Notes: generated by a model from the sequence alone, not told the origin. A stretch of DNA of 64,000 nt from an uncultured Acidobacteriaceae bacterium (GCA_963768265.1 CAVYHM010000044.1:212206-276205), one strand, 5' to 3'. Counted from the stretch's first letter, positions 1 through 10,023 are shown. Program-made: numbers and translations.

Positions 1-250
1 TCACTTGCCTGACCTCGGAGACACGATTGGCCGGGAAGCCACCCTGCCGAGCATGTTCCCGGACCATCTCCTCGTTGGGGGCGATATAGACGCAGTAGAT
101 CTTGTCCTGCGTGACGTAGCTATGCAGCCACTGGATTTGCGGCCCTAATTTATTGAGTACGCTGCATGATTTCTGGGAAATCGCGATGACTTGCTCTGGC
201 GTGACATCGCCGATATTGGGGATGTCACGCTCGATCACGTATTTCGGCAT
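1..250 (-). CDS. DUF4242-like small protein (3' end runs off the window)
   Basis: ATG at 250-248 on the complement. My own translation reads MPKYVIERDIPNIGDVTPEQVIAISQKSCSVLNKLGPQIQWLHSYVTQDKIYCVYIAPNEEMVREHARQGGFPANRVSEVRQV with no stop before position 1. The family assignment is from memory of DUF4242 N-termini. Confidence 0.5.
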   Translation of the reverse strand, partial: MPKYVIERDIPNIGDVTPEQVIAISQKSCSVLNKLGPQIQWLHSYVTQDKIYCVYIAPNEEMVREHARQGGFPANRVSEVRQV

Positions 251-461
251 TGGTCCTCCTGTGAGCCACGTTTAAGGTGCAGGGCCCATGCGGCGAGGAA
301 AGATTCTAGGACAACGCGCGGAAAATAGCCATCATGGAAGGAGCGCGGTATATTGGGGCGGATGAAGAAATCGAAAGTCGTTCCGTTTCGAGCCGCACCT
401 TTGACGTCGCAGGCGGCGGCCCAGAATCATTCCCGCGGGGCCTCGCGTCGCCATCGCCATT

Positions 462-1953
462 ATGGCAGCTGGTAAGGGCACCAGGCTCAAGTCGCAGCTT
501 CCTAAAGTGTTACATGAAGTAGGCGGCAAGCCGCTGCTGGAACATGTCATTCGCGCCGCAGTGAGTATCGTGCCCGCGAAGGATGTTTACGCGATCATCG
601 GGCACGAAGCCGAGCGCGTACAGGCCGCAACACAGCACAGCGGGTGCGAACTTTGTCCTCCAACCCGAGCAGCGGGGCACCGGCCATGCGCTCATGGTGG
701 CACGCGAGGCGCTGGCGGGATACGACCACGTCATTGTGCTTTCGGGCGACGCCCCTCTCATTACTCCCGAGACTATTGGTCACCTACGGAACTTCCACCT
801 GGAGGAGCAGGCGGCGATGACACTGTTGAGCGCCGACCTGGAGAATCCGACCGGATACGGTCGCGTCGTGAGGAAAGGAGCACGTAGCAGCGAGGTGCAG
901 GCGATCATCGAGGAGAAGGCGGCGAATGGGGCGCAGAAGAAGATCCGGGAGATCAATTCTGGTTTTTACGTTTTTGCGGTCAAGGAACTCTTTGCACACA
1001 TTGGGAAACTTTCGACCGACAATGCGCACACCGAGTACTACTTGACCGATATGGCGGAAGTTCTCCGCAAGGCGCGGCAACGCGTTGTGACATGGAAGAC
1101 GGCGAACGCGGCCGAGGTTCTGGGAGGGAATACCCGAGCCGAACTGGCCGACATCGATCATTTTTTGCGGATGGCGAAGTGCCGGCAATTGATGGCGGAC
1201 GGGGTCACGGTGTTCTATCCCGCAACCTGCGTGATTGATGGCGACGTGGAGGTCGGGCCCGATACAGTGATCGAGCCGTACGTGCAACTTCTGGGGAAAA
1301 CGCGGATCGGCACGGCCAGCCGGGTGCGATCATTTTGTGTGATTCGCGACTCGGAAATCGGGGATGGGGTCATCGTGCGCCCTGGGTGTGTGATGGAAGG
1401 AGCGAGCGTGAGTGCCGGCGCCATCGTGGGACCCTATTCGCACTTGCGACCGGGAAGCGAAATCGGCGAAGGCGCACATGTGGGAAATTTCGTCGAGACG
1501 AAGAAGATCAAACTGGGCAAGGGATCCAAGGCGAATCATCTGACTTATCTGGGCGACGCCGAAATTGGCGCCGGCGTCAATATCGGCGCGGGGACGATCA
1601 CGTGCAACTACGATGGCGTCCACAAACACATGACCGTAATCGACGATGGAGTGTTCATCGGTAGCGACAGCACGCTGGTGGCGCCGGTCCGCGTGGGCAA
1701 AGGCGCGTATGTGGGTGCGGCATCTTGTATCACCGATGATGTTCCGGAGGATGCGTTGGCGGTCGGCCGCGCACGGCAGATCGTGAAAGAGGGATGGGCG
1801 CGGGAAAAGCGGGCGCTGCGCGCAAATCCAAGTAACCGGCACTGGGGCTCGTCGTTGCGAGGAGATCCTTCGAACTCCGCCTGCAAACCGGCTACGCTGA
1901 GGATGACCCCGGAGAAATGGCCACCGCGGACTTCGCGCCGCCTGAGTAGGTGA
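462..1953 (+). pseudogene. glmU: Bifunctional UDP-N-acetylglucosamine pyrophosphorylase / GlcN-1-P acetyltransferase (GlmU), interrupted by a frameshift or sequencing error
   Basis: The nucleotidyltransferase motif [10 protein letters not shown]...LPKVLH is in the frame of ORF 462..887. The rest ([23 protein letters not shown], hexapeptide-repeat C-terminal domain) is in the frame of ORF 583..1953. The switch lies near the GGG run at 642-644. Confidence 0.85.
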
Positions 1954-2025
1954 TCGATGTTGCTCTAAATGAAAAGGCGATTTCGGGCAGTAAGCCCGGC
2001 GCCGGGACGTCAATCTCAGGGACGT

Positions 2026-2958
2026 CTAGTGCGAGACTGCCGCGAATAAGTCCGAATGCATTAAGGACTGGAACTGCTGGTCGCTGGCCTTGAAATGCAA
2101 TTGCAGGTTGGAACTGTCGGAGTCGACCGTGGTGTTATCGACTGCGACCTTTTCGGCGGGCGTGGCGTTCATCTTCTTGTAAAGGATACCAGCCTTAACC
2201 AGTGACGACAGGGTTGCCGCGGTTACTGAGTCCGAGGTGAGGACCGACAGATCGAAGTTCACGCCGCTGGTGAAGCTCATGGTGTAACGCGATCCTAGCA
2301 ATCGCTTTTTGAGGGTCTCATAGTCAGCGATCCTGGAGGCATCGCCCAGAGCCGAGCGCATCATATTCTGCGTGCCTTGCTGGTCGAGGATGCTCCAGAC
2401 CGGAGCGGAGTCGACATTGGTCATCATGTCGGCCATATCGCCGTTGGTGTCGAGGCTCAAGATCTTTCCATCCCGCGTGTCGAGTGCGGCATGCAGCGCG
2501 GTGGTATCGCCGAACAGTAGCGTGCTGTCGTCGAGGAAGGTCATGATGAAGCCGCCATCCATGGGATAAACATTCGCCGTGCCGTATTTTTTCGGCGTGA
2601 ACTTCTCGAGCTTCATCTTCTTAAGAACGGCCTTCATGTTGAAGGGGCCGCTGGCGACGCCGATGCCCTTTACGCCCTGTTTCCCGCTGTGGAAGGAGGC
2701 AAAAGCGAGAGTGTCGACATCCTTGTCGGGGTCGATGCCGATGTTCTTCAGGGCCGCCTCGAACTGCTTGATGTTGTCGGGCATCAACTGCTGCTTCAGG
2801 GCCATCGCCGTCGGCGAGTCTTTGAGCGTGCGGTAATCGACCGAGATCAACTGCAGCAGATCGGCGGGAATGCAGGTGCGGGCGGAAGAATTCAGCGGCA
2901 TGGCGTAAGCCATGCTTACGAGCAAGGCCGAAGCCAGGCAAATTTTAAAAAGTCTCAT
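2026..2958 (-). CDS. Secreted hypothetical protein
   Basis: 310-aa ORF with an N-terminal signal-like segment MRLFKICLASALLVSMAYA. I recognise no family. Confidence 0.5.
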   Translation of the reverse strand: MRLFKICLASALLVSMAYAMPLNSSARTCIPADLLQLISVDYRTLKDSPTAMALKQQLMPDNIKQFEAALKNIGIDPDKDVDTLAFASFHSGKQGVKGIGVASGPFNMKAVLKKMKLEKFTPKKYGTANVYPMDGGFIMTFLDDSTLLFGDTTALHAALDTRDGKILSLDTNGDMADMMTNVDSAPVWSILDQQGTQNMMRSALGDASRIADYETLKKRLLGSRYTMSFTSGVNFDLSVLTSDSVTAATLSSLVKAGILYKKMNATPAEKVAVDNTTVDSDSSNLQLHFKASDQQFQSLMHSDLFAAVSH

Positions 2959-3152
2959 AACCCCTCGAAAGTCACAGAATCAAAGGATGGCGTGTACCCC
3001 AGTTGGATGCACGATCCGGCGCTGTCGGTGGAACGCTTTATTCTATTTTACTTGCAGCCCCGGAGTCCGGAACAAAAGTACAATCCCCATTGACCGGCCG
3101 GAGTCGGGCGGCAAGGTTCAAGACCACCGATTCCGCTGAAAACAGACCGTTT

Positions 3153-4565
3153 CTACTCGTCGTCGGGATCCGTCTTCGGACTTGTGTCGTTTAGAAAGTG
3201 GGCCGCGTTCAGGGGTGCATTGATGGTTTTGAACGACAACGGCGTCTGACTGAAATTGAAGCAGTCGGAGAGATCGTCGGCGTAGGCATCGGCATATCCG
3301 AGCGACTGCAAGCTGAAGGATTTCTCGATCAGGTTCAGAATGCTCCCGAAGTCGTGATTTGTGTGCGAGATATAGCCCGCCCGAGCGTACGGCGATACCA
3401 CAATTAAAGGGACACGAAACCCATAGACGTAACCCGAACCCCAATTGGTGCCGTTGTTGACAAGCCTCATCGGCGGAACGTGATCGTACCATCCTCCCCA
3501 GTCATCCCAGGAAATGACGATGGCGGTATTGGCCCAATAGGAACTGTTCCCGATGGCATTTACGACGGAAGCGACCCAGGAGGGGCCGCCCGTTGTAGCC
3601 GTCGAACCGGCGTGATCGGAATTTGCACCACGGGGGATGACCCAAGTTACCTGGGCTAGCTTTCCGCTAGTGATGTCGGTCAGAACCTGGGTGTCGTCGA
3701 GCACGACATTGTTGACCCAGTCCGGTCCGGTGCAAACGGTGGCATTGGGAGGCGGGTTATTCGGCCCACAGATGTGCTGAATGGCGTTGGGTCCGGTCCA
3801 GAGCGACCCAGCCGAAGGCGTGTAGTAGCGCCAACTGATGCTTTTTGCGTTGAGTTCGTCGGTGAGAGCGGGATGGTCGGCGCAAGGATACATCTTGGAC
3901 GATTCGTTGCCGCTGGGATCAATCAGGTAGACATATTCGGTCGGAGGAGAGGTGCAGCCTGTGTTTCCCCCGGCGTTTGCGACACCTCCGGCATTCTCGG
4001 CGATAAACAAATTACTAGTGGCCGTTGGTGCGGATGTCCCGGAAATGATGAACTGGTGCGCAGGAAAGCTGGGTCCCTGGTTGGTCTGAAACATCCGATC
4101 TCCAAAGGTGTATTGCTCGGCCAACTGGAAATATGGGCCTACGTCGGAAGCCTGCACGTACAAGAACTGCGCGTTTGTGGGCGGACAGTTGAGGGCTCCT
4201 TTGGCGCAAGAAATATGCACCTTGTCTGCACCGTCCATCATCCCGCCATCGTACATCGTCACGAACGCCGAGTGACTATGGTCGAGGTCATAGTCGACAC
4301 CCAGCGAGGTGGGCATGAGAGGAATCGTCTGGCCTGCAGAATTGAGTCCGCTGCTGGCGATGTCAGCTCCCTTGGCCATCAGCACGGGATCGTGGAACAG
4401 GTTATCGGGGGTACGGTTTTCCTGGAAAATGACGACGATATGCTGTAGTTTTGCCGGGCTAATGGTGCTCGGGGACTTGCTCGCGCCGCAGCCATTCAGG
4501 CTCATCAGTACGGCACCGGCGAAGAGCAGCAAGAGCGACAGGGACAGGAATGCGGCTCGACTCAT
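3153..4565 (-). CDS. Phosphoesterase family lipoprotein (phospholipase C / acid phosphatase AcpA type)
   Basis: The motif HIVVIFQENRTPDNLF is typical of the PF04185 phosphoesterase family. I chose the internal start MSRAAFLSLSLLLLFAGAVLMSLNGC (lipobox LNGC) at 4565 rather than the ORF start at 4658. Confidence 0.7.
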   Translation of the reverse strand: MSRAAFLSLSLLLLFAGAVLMSLNGCGASKSPSTISPAKLQHIVVIFQENRTPDNLFHDPVLMAKGADIASSGLNSAGQTIPLMPTSLGVDYDLDHSHSAFVTMYDGGMMDGADKVHISCAKGALNCPPTNAQFLYVQASDVGPYFQLAEQYTFGDRMFQTNQGPSFPAHQFIISGTSAPTATSNLFIAENAGGVANAGGNTGCTSPPTEYVYLIDPSGNESSKMYPCADHPALTDELNAKSISWRYYTPSAGSLWTGPNAIQHICGPNNPPPNATVCTGPDWVNNVVLDDTQVLTDITSGKLAQVTWVIPRGANSDHAGSTATTGGPSWVASVVNAIGNSSYWANTAIVISWDDWGGWYDHVPPMRLVNNGTNWGSGYVYGFRVPLIVVSPYARAGYISHTNHDFGSILNLIEKSFSLQSLGYADAYADDLSDCFNFSQTPLSFKTINAPLNAAHFLNDTSPKTDPDDE

Positions 4566-4709
4566 CAATGATCTCCCAAGCGACCGCGAAATTGAGTGGT
4601 TAGATGCCTTAACCCGGAGGCTTGGAATTCCACTCGCCCGAAAGAGTTTTGAGGTCAAGTCGTGCCTTCGGCACTCTAGGAACTGCTTAGACCGAGTATA
4701 ACCACGTTC

Positions 4710-6188
4710 CTATGACAAAACCGCCGTCCGCTGGTGCACGTGGGCGACGAAGGCCTGATCTTTCAACGAAGTCAGATTGATTTCGACGTTGGCCAGGGCG
4801 CCGGCGATGGCGGCGTGGGCCAGCGCGATCGCTGTAGTCAAGTCGGATTTCATGTTGGGATTGGTGATGGATTCGAGCGACTGTGCGATTTGCGCGATCG
4901 AGTGAGCTTTCTCGGCGACAGAGAGGGGGACGGAGGTCGCTTCTTTCAAGGCTACCTCGATTAGCGCCTCGGCGTGTCGTTCGTCGGCCGCGGCCTTGGC
5001 CTGCTTGTAGGCCTTCATCACGGCGTTGTAGGACTCGGCGTCGGAGTCGATTGCAGCCTTCAGTTCTTCTCGCAGCGGCGTCAGGCGGGCGATGGCGGCG
5101 CTGAGTTGCGGCTCGTATTGCAGGTAAGCCTTCTTGCCGCGCGACATGGAAGCGACCATGGCAGCGAGTCCGGCGGCCATTGCGGCGGCGGCAGCCGAGG
5201 CGCTGCCGCCTCCGGGTGTGGCTGTTGGTGCAGCTAGTTGTTCAACGAAGGGCTCGACTCCAGCGCGCAAACCGCCAACGGCCATCTTTCCGCTCATTAC
5301 TGCGGCGAGGCGGTTTTCCAGAATCAGCGACGAATCGAAGTTTTCTACCTGCAGGAACCATTCCGCGGCTTGTTCTAAGGCCTTCTTGGGGATCAGTCCG
5401 ACAATTTCGCTGGACACCGGCATCACACCGTAGCGTGCGGCCTCGCGTTTGACCAGTTCGAAGACGCGGTGGACCGGGGTTTGTTCGAAGTCGGTGAGGT
5501 TCATCGAAACCTGGGCCAGGCCGCGCACCAGAAATCCCGCGCCTTTTACAAAACGCATTCCGCCATTGGAGAAACGTACCGCCTTGGCGATCTTCTTGGC
5601 GATGTCGACGTCTGAGGTGTTGAGAAAAACGTTATAGGCGATGAGGAATTTGCGTGCGCCTACAACGGTGGCCCCCGCAGTCGGATGCACGCGCGGCTCG
5701 CCAAAATCCGGGCGGCGGGCGGGATTGGTCGCAATCTCCGCGCGGATGCCCTCGAACTGGCCGCGGCGAATGTTTTCCAGGCCCTGGCGTTCGGGAATTC
5801 TTGCGGCGGCCTCGTAGAGATACACAGGAATCTGATAACGCTTCCAAATTTCCTCGCCGACGTGGCCGGCCATGGCGACGCAGTCTTCGATGGTGACGCC
5901 ATCGATCGGAATGAACGGAACGACATCGGCCGCGCCCATGCGCGGATGCGCGCCAGAGTGGACGTTGAGATCAATCAACTCCGCAGCCTTGCCCACGCCT
6001 CGGATGGCCGCTTCCTGAATCGCCTCGCGCTCGCCGACCAGCGTGATGACCGAGCGGTTATGGTCGAAGTCGCTTTCGCGGTCGAGGAGATAGACGCCGG
6101 GCATCTTCATGGCGTCAATGATGGCGTCAACTTTAGTTTTGTCGCGGCCTTCAGAAAAATTTGGAACACATTCGACGAGCGTGGACAT
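4710..6188 (-). CDS. ftcD: Glutamate formimidoyltransferase fused to a cyclodeaminase domain
   Basis: Starts MSTLVECVPNFSEGRDKTKVDAIIDAM..., the formiminotransferase N-terminal signature. It has an alanine-rich helical C-terminal cyclodeaminase-like domain. I picked the start at 6188; the upstream part of the ORF is Arg/Pro-rich junk. Confidence 0.8.
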   Translation of the reverse strand: MSTLVECVPNFSEGRDKTKVDAIIDAMKMPGVYLLDRESDFDHNRSVITLVGEREAIQEAAIRGVGKAAELIDLNVHSGAHPRMGAADVVPFIPIDGVTIEDCVAMAGHVGEEIWKRYQIPVYLYEAAARIPERQGLENIRRGQFEGIRAEIATNPARRPDFGEPRVHPTAGATVVGARKFLIAYNVFLNTSDVDIAKKIAKAVRFSNGGMRFVKGAGFLVRGLAQVSMNLTDFEQTPVHRVFELVKREAARYGVMPVSSEIVGLIPKKALEQAAEWFLQVENFDSSLILENRLAAVMSGKMAVGGLRAGVEPFVEQLAAPTATPGGGSASAAAAAMAAGLAAMVASMSRGKKAYLQYEPQLSAAIARLTPLREELKAAIDSDAESYNAVMKAYKQAKAAADERHAEALIEVALKEATSVPLSVAEKAHSIAQIAQSLESITNPNMKSDLTTAIALAHAAIAGALANVEINLTSLKDQAFVAHVHQRTAVLS

Positions 6189-6253
6189 AACGGAAGAGCA
6201 TACCGGGGGGGCAGAGCGTGGCGCAAGGTTAGCAGAGCGAATGATTTCGCCAG

Positions 6254-6841
6254 TTAGCGCTTCGCGCGGTTGAAAAACTCTCCCACGCCCAGGCGCACCT
6301 GCACTGTGTTGATTCCGGGATTCGGCGTGGCCAGTCCTGCGTTCGATATGTGCATGTAGCGGAGTTCGAGGCTCACGTTGTGTTTCGCGCCGAGGATATG
6401 AACGCCCAACGCGGCCTGGTCTGTAAAGTTCACCGTGTTCGTGCCCGTGGGAACGTTGTGGTTGGTGAATAGGGTGCCACCACAGAGTTCGAGATACGGA
6501 GAGAGGCGCCCGTGTCGCTGGAAATTCCACTTCAGGCCGAGCGGGTCGAAACCAACGCCGAATGCAGTATTCGCGGGCTGGAAGACGAAGAAGAGGGGCA
6601 CGGCGTCAACCGCATATTCGAAGCGTCCGCGGAGAAAGCCCGGTAGATGCGGGCCGGTCAGGATCCAGCCGTAGCGAAGGCCGGCGTTGAAGGCGCTGGT
6701 GTTCTTGGTGCCGCCGGGGACGGAGTGGCCGCCGCCTGCCCAGATCTGGAATTCGTGGCCACCTTCTTCAGGGGCCGCCTGAGCGGGGCAAACGGCTGAA
6801 GCAATTAGGAGAATGCTAAGAATGAACAGGGAAGAGCGCAT
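6254..6841 (-). CDS. Acyloxyacyl hydrolase / lipid A 3-O-deacylase (PagL-like) outer-membrane protein
   Basis: Signal peptide MRSSLFILSILLIASAVCPAQA, beta-barrel-like alternating pattern, and HISNAG (the H-x-S catalytic motif of the PagL family). Confidence 0.65.
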   Translation of the reverse strand: MRSSLFILSILLIASAVCPAQAAPEEGGHEFQIWAGGGHSVPGGTKNTSAFNAGLRYGWILTGPHLPGFLRGRFEYAVDAVPLFFVFQPANTAFGVGFDPLGLKWNFQRHGRLSPYLELCGGTLFTNHNVPTGTNTVNFTDQAALGVHILGAKHNVSLELRYMHISNAGLATPNPGINTVQVRLGVGEFFNRAKR

Positions 6842-6945
6842 GGTCTGATTCGCTTCGAAGACGGCAGATCCTCGAGGCGGAAGAATCACAATACAGGATG
6901 CAGTTGAACGACGACAAACGGCGATGGCGAGGGTGCCGCCAGAAA

Positions 6946-6979
6946 GCAGATTCCCCCCTTCGCTCAGGGTCGGAATGAC
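6946..6979. repeat. Intergenic repeat family A (half-site gcagattcc...ttcgctcagggtcggaatgac)
   Basis: Near-identical to 24279-24318 and related to both arms of the 33814-33907 palindrome. Confidence 0.6.
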
Positions 6980-6991
6980 AAAATCTAGCGT

Positions 6992-8059
6992 TTATACTCT
7001 CGCGTGCGCGGGTTGGTGTGCGACGAGTTCCAGCAGGTCGCGGGCGACGCGGGCGGTGTTGTGGCGGGCTACGCCTGCTTCTTCCAGGTAATCGCCGAGG
7101 ACCGGGACCACGCCAAGGGCCTCTACTTCATCGAGGTCGTTGACGATCTGGCAGGCACCTTCGGTCGCATACTTGGCCTTCAGTTCGTCGGAGGCAGGAG
7201 TGCGGTTGATGAGCGCGTAGTCGAAGAGTTGTTTCTGCCCATGGCGGCCGAGGGCTCGGATATGGTCTGCCGCTGTTAGCCCCAAGCTCTCATTGGCCTG
7301 CGTCATCAGGTTGCAGATGTAGATCTTCGTGGCCGCTGAGGACACAATTGCCTCCGAAATCCCTCGCACTAGTAGGTTCGGGATCAGGCTGGTGAACAGC
7401 GATCCCGGCCCTATGGTAATGACATCAGCGCCGGCGATTGCTTCCAAAGTCTGCGGCATGGGACCGACGTCAGGTGGTACGAGAAAAAGTTCTCGGATGC
7501 GTCCCTTACTGGCAGTGATTTTCGTCTCGCCGCGAACGCGTGTGCCGTCCTCAAACAGCGCCTCGAGTTCGATGTTCGATGTGGTGGCCGGATAGATGTG
7601 GCCGCGGGTGAGTAGGATTTCCGACGAGAGTCGCACGGCTTCGGAAAAGTCCGAGGTAAGCGAAGTGAGCGCAGCGAGAAAAAGATTGCCGAAGCTGTGG
7701 CCTTCAAGCCCCGACCCTTTATCGAAGCGGTGGCGAAATAGTTTGGAGAGCAGGGCTTCGTCTTCGCTGAGGGCAACGATGCAGTTGCGGATGTCGCCGG
7801 GGGGGAGCATGTTGAGCTCCTTGCGCAGGCGCCCGCTCGATCCGCCGTCGTCACTCACGGTGACCACGGCGCAAAGCTCGCGGATGATCGGCAAGTCTGA
7901 CTGTGCCGCACGGATCTCCGCGGGCAAAAGGACGAAACGCTTCAGTCCTGTCAGCAGTGTGGAAAGACCAGTCCCGCCGCCAATGGCAACGACCCGCAGA
8001 CCGCGTTCGCGCGCGGTTTTTTCCTGGGGTAGAAGTTCGGCGGTCTTGGGCTCCATCAC
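6992..8059 (-). CDS. yvcK: Gluconeogenesis factor YvcK / CofD-like (UPF0052)
   Basis: VVAIGGGTGLSTLLTGLK P-loop-like N-terminus and the length are typical of the YvcK family. Confidence 0.8.
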   Translation of the reverse strand: MMEPKTAELLPQEKTARERGLRVVAIGGGTGLSTLLTGLKRFVLLPAEIRAAQSDLPIIRELCAVVTVSDDGGSSGRLRKELNMLPPGDIRNCIVALSEDEALLSKLFRHRFDKGSGLEGHSFGNLFLAALTSLTSDFSEAVRLSSEILLTRGHIYPATTSNIELEALFEDGTRVRGETKITASKGRIRELFLVPPDVGPMPQTLEAIAGADVITIGPGSLFTSLIPNLLVRGISEAIVSSAATKIYICNLMTQANESLGLTAADHIRALGRHGQKQLFDYALINRTPASDELKAKYATEGACQIVNDLDEVEALGVVPVLGDYLEEAGVARHNTARVARDLLELVAHQPAHARV

Positions 8060-8078
8060 GAGGTCCTCGGCAGGCGGC

Positions 8079-8654
8079 CTACACAGGCTCGGTTTCGTGG
8101 AGATCTTCGTCGGAGGAACCGAGGTCGGCGCCGGGATCTGGATACAGCAGTTCCGTGAAACGCGGATCTTCTGCCAGATTCTGGAAGTCGGAATCGTTGC
8201 GCGCCTGGAAGCGGAGCTGGGGATTCAAATGCAGGGCCTCATCGAGCCGCTTCAGGGAATCCTCAACGTGTCCGGTGAGGCAATCCAGAGCGGCGATCCC
8301 ATAGATCACGTAGTCCGCTTTGGGACTCTGCTTGTGCAACTTGTCCAGATGCTCGCGGGCAGTGACGTAGTCGCCCAGGTTCATCAAGGAAACCGCATAG
8401 TCGAAATGTTCTTCGACTGTCTTGAACTGCGCCGCTGTGGAGCGCTCCAGATGCTGGTTGCAGGTACTGAGATGAACGCTGGCACGGTCAGCCAATTCTT
8501 TGCTGGGCCCGCCTACGACCTTCTGAAAATGCGGCTTCGCCTTGTCGAACTTGTGCTCCTGCATCGCGCGCAGGCCAGCCTCATAACTTTGGAGCGCCTG
8601 AGTATAGCGCGGGTCCTCGGTCATGGACTTCTTCGCTGTCGGTTTCTGAGCCAT
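8079..8654 (-). CDS. TPR repeat protein
   Basis: Helical repeats with TPR-like spacing (YTQALQSYEAGLRAMQEHKFDKAKPHF..., AVSLMNLGDYVTAREHLDKL...). Start chosen at MAQKPTAKK (8654). Confidence 0.55.
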   Translation of the reverse strand: MAQKPTAKKSMTEDPRYTQALQSYEAGLRAMQEHKFDKAKPHFQKVVGGPSKELADRASVHLSTCNQHLERSTAAQFKTVEEHFDYAVSLMNLGDYVTAREHLDKLHKQSPKADYVIYGIAALDCLTGHVEDSLKRLDEALHLNPQLRFQARNDSDFQNLAEDPRFTELLYPDPGADLGSSDEDLHETEPV

Positions 8655-8812
8655 GTGCAAAATTCTTCCTGTGCTCTTGGTAATAAGGGACTCCTTGCGG
8701 TTTCGTCCAGTGTCCGAGCAGTAAAGTATCACTCAAAGGGAGGGTGGAGGGCAACGTCAGCACCCGGTATCCCAAAAACGCTTCTGTCGTGACTGGCAAC
8801 TGGTAACTGTTT

Positions 8813-9295
8813 CTAATTGATCTCCGCGGCCGACTGTAGATCGATTTGCTTCCACTCACCTTTGACGATACCAGCGCGAATGTGGGTTGCGGTCTTACCC
8901 TTCTTGTGCTGCTGATAAGAGTAGTAAAGCTCTTTCAAGCAGGTATCGCACTGCGCGCCGTGGGTGTTTTCGAAGCAGCTGTGCAGGCTGTTATGACCCA
9001 TGCGGTCGCAATAGCAGTAGCAAGGCTGCTGGTGCAGAACATTGGGGATCTTCGCCGCTAGTTCATAGGCATGGGTCTGATAGGGGTATTGTGCGTCGGC
9101 GCCCCACAGGTCGGCCTTAGTCAGGATCGCTGGCAGCTTGGATCCCTTCGGCGGTGGAGCGGAGTTAAATGCAGGGACGCCTTCTTCTTTTTGCGGCGCG
9201 GCCCACTGGGCCGACATGCTCAGCGTAACCAGGAAGAGGAAGGCCAGCGTAAGGCTACGGTACACAATTTTGTGCTGCTGCAGGCGGACAGTCAT
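8813..9295 (-). CDS. CYCXC / PCYCGC-motif family protein, membrane-anchored or secreted
   Basis: N-terminal hydrophobic segment followed by QPCYCYCDRMGHNSLHSCF...CDTC, the motif of the PCYCGC family. Confidence 0.6.
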   Translation of the reverse strand: MTVRLQQHKIVYRSLTLAFLFLVTLSMSAQWAAPQKEEGVPAFNSAPPPKGSKLPAILTKADLWGADAQYPYQTHAYELAAKIPNVLHQQPCYCYCDRMGHNSLHSCFENTHGAQCDTCLKELYYSYQQHKKGKTATHIRAGIVKGEWKQIDLQSAAEIN

Positions 9296-9423
9296 AGGTT
9301 TCCTCAGTCTGGTTATTGTACCCTGCCGCTATGGGGAGCCGGAAGTTTCGCCCGCGAGGCGCGGTGACCGTTGGACGTACAACCCTGCGCCACCCCGGCG
9401 AGTTCTGTATACAATAGGAAAAC

Positions 9424-10023
9424 ATGCCAGAGGGTAGTCCCGTTCAGAATCCGACATCCGTAAGCATGGCGCCCGCCGACGCTGTTCCGGAGCCAGGGGC
9501 CCGCACGCGACTCAGAACGGGCTTTGCAGTCTGGGTGCGTGACCTCCTGATCTCCCTGGGCATTTCTGCCTTCATCATTATCTTCCTTTACCAGCCCGTG
9601 AAAGTGGAGGGCACCAGCATGATGCCCTCGCTCGAAGATCAGGAACGGATCTTCGTGAATAAGTTCGTATATCGTCTGGAACCGATTGAGCGCGGGGACG
9701 TTGTAGTCTTCCGTTACCCGCGCGATCCCTCCAAGAGTTACATCAAGCGAGTGATCGGAATGGAGGGAGACCGCATTCGCATCGACGGCGGCCAAGTGTA
9801 TGTGAATGACGAAGCGCTCAACGAAGACTACGTGCCTCCTGCTTACACGGACGCCCGGTCTTATCCGGATACCGAGGTGCCACCACATTGTTACTTCGTG
9901 CTCGGCGACCATCGCTCGATGTCGAACGATAGCCGCGACTTCGGCCCGGTGAATCAAAGCTATATCTATGGCAAAGCCGTCTTCGGCTATTGGCCCATGG
10001 ATAAGCTGGGGCGCGTGCGCTAG
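9424..10023 (+). CDS. lepB: Signal peptidase I
   Basis: One TM segment, then GTSMMPSL (Ser box), YIKRVIGMEGD (Lys box) and VLGDHRSMSNDSRDFGPV. Confidence 0.9.
   Translation: MPEGSPVQNPTSVSMAPADAVPEPGARTRLRTGFAVWVRDLLISLGISAFIIIFLYQPVKVEGTSMMPSLEDQERIFVNKFVYRLEPIERGDVVVFRYPRDPSKSYIKRVIGMEGDRIRIDGGQVYVNDEALNEDYVPPAYTDARSYPDTEVPPHCYFVLGDHRSMSNDSRDFGPVNQSYIYGKAVFGYWPMDKLGRVR

Noticed and set aside
1800-1953. A possible third frameshift at the glmU 3' end. An alternative frame ends ...AGAARKSK at the TAA at 33-35 nt past 1800 (1833-1835).
   Set aside because: I cannot decide from the sequence alone. The extended tail may simply be lineage-specific, so it is mentioned only within the glmU finding.
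3095-3140. A tRNA-like T-arm fragment (ggcaaggttcaagaccacc)
   Set aside because: There is no complementary stem, acceptor stem or anticodon arm around it, so it is not a tRNA.
4566-4709. The hairpin gtgccttcggcac, considered as a terminator for ftcD
   Set aside because: On the minus strand the stem is not followed by a T-run, so the evidence is too weak to annotate.
7596-8792. A 398-aa ORF on the + strand
   Set aside because: It is antisense to the well-supported yvcK and TPR genes and has an Arg/Ser/Pro-rich composition with no motifs. This is a typical shadow ORF in GC-rich DNA.
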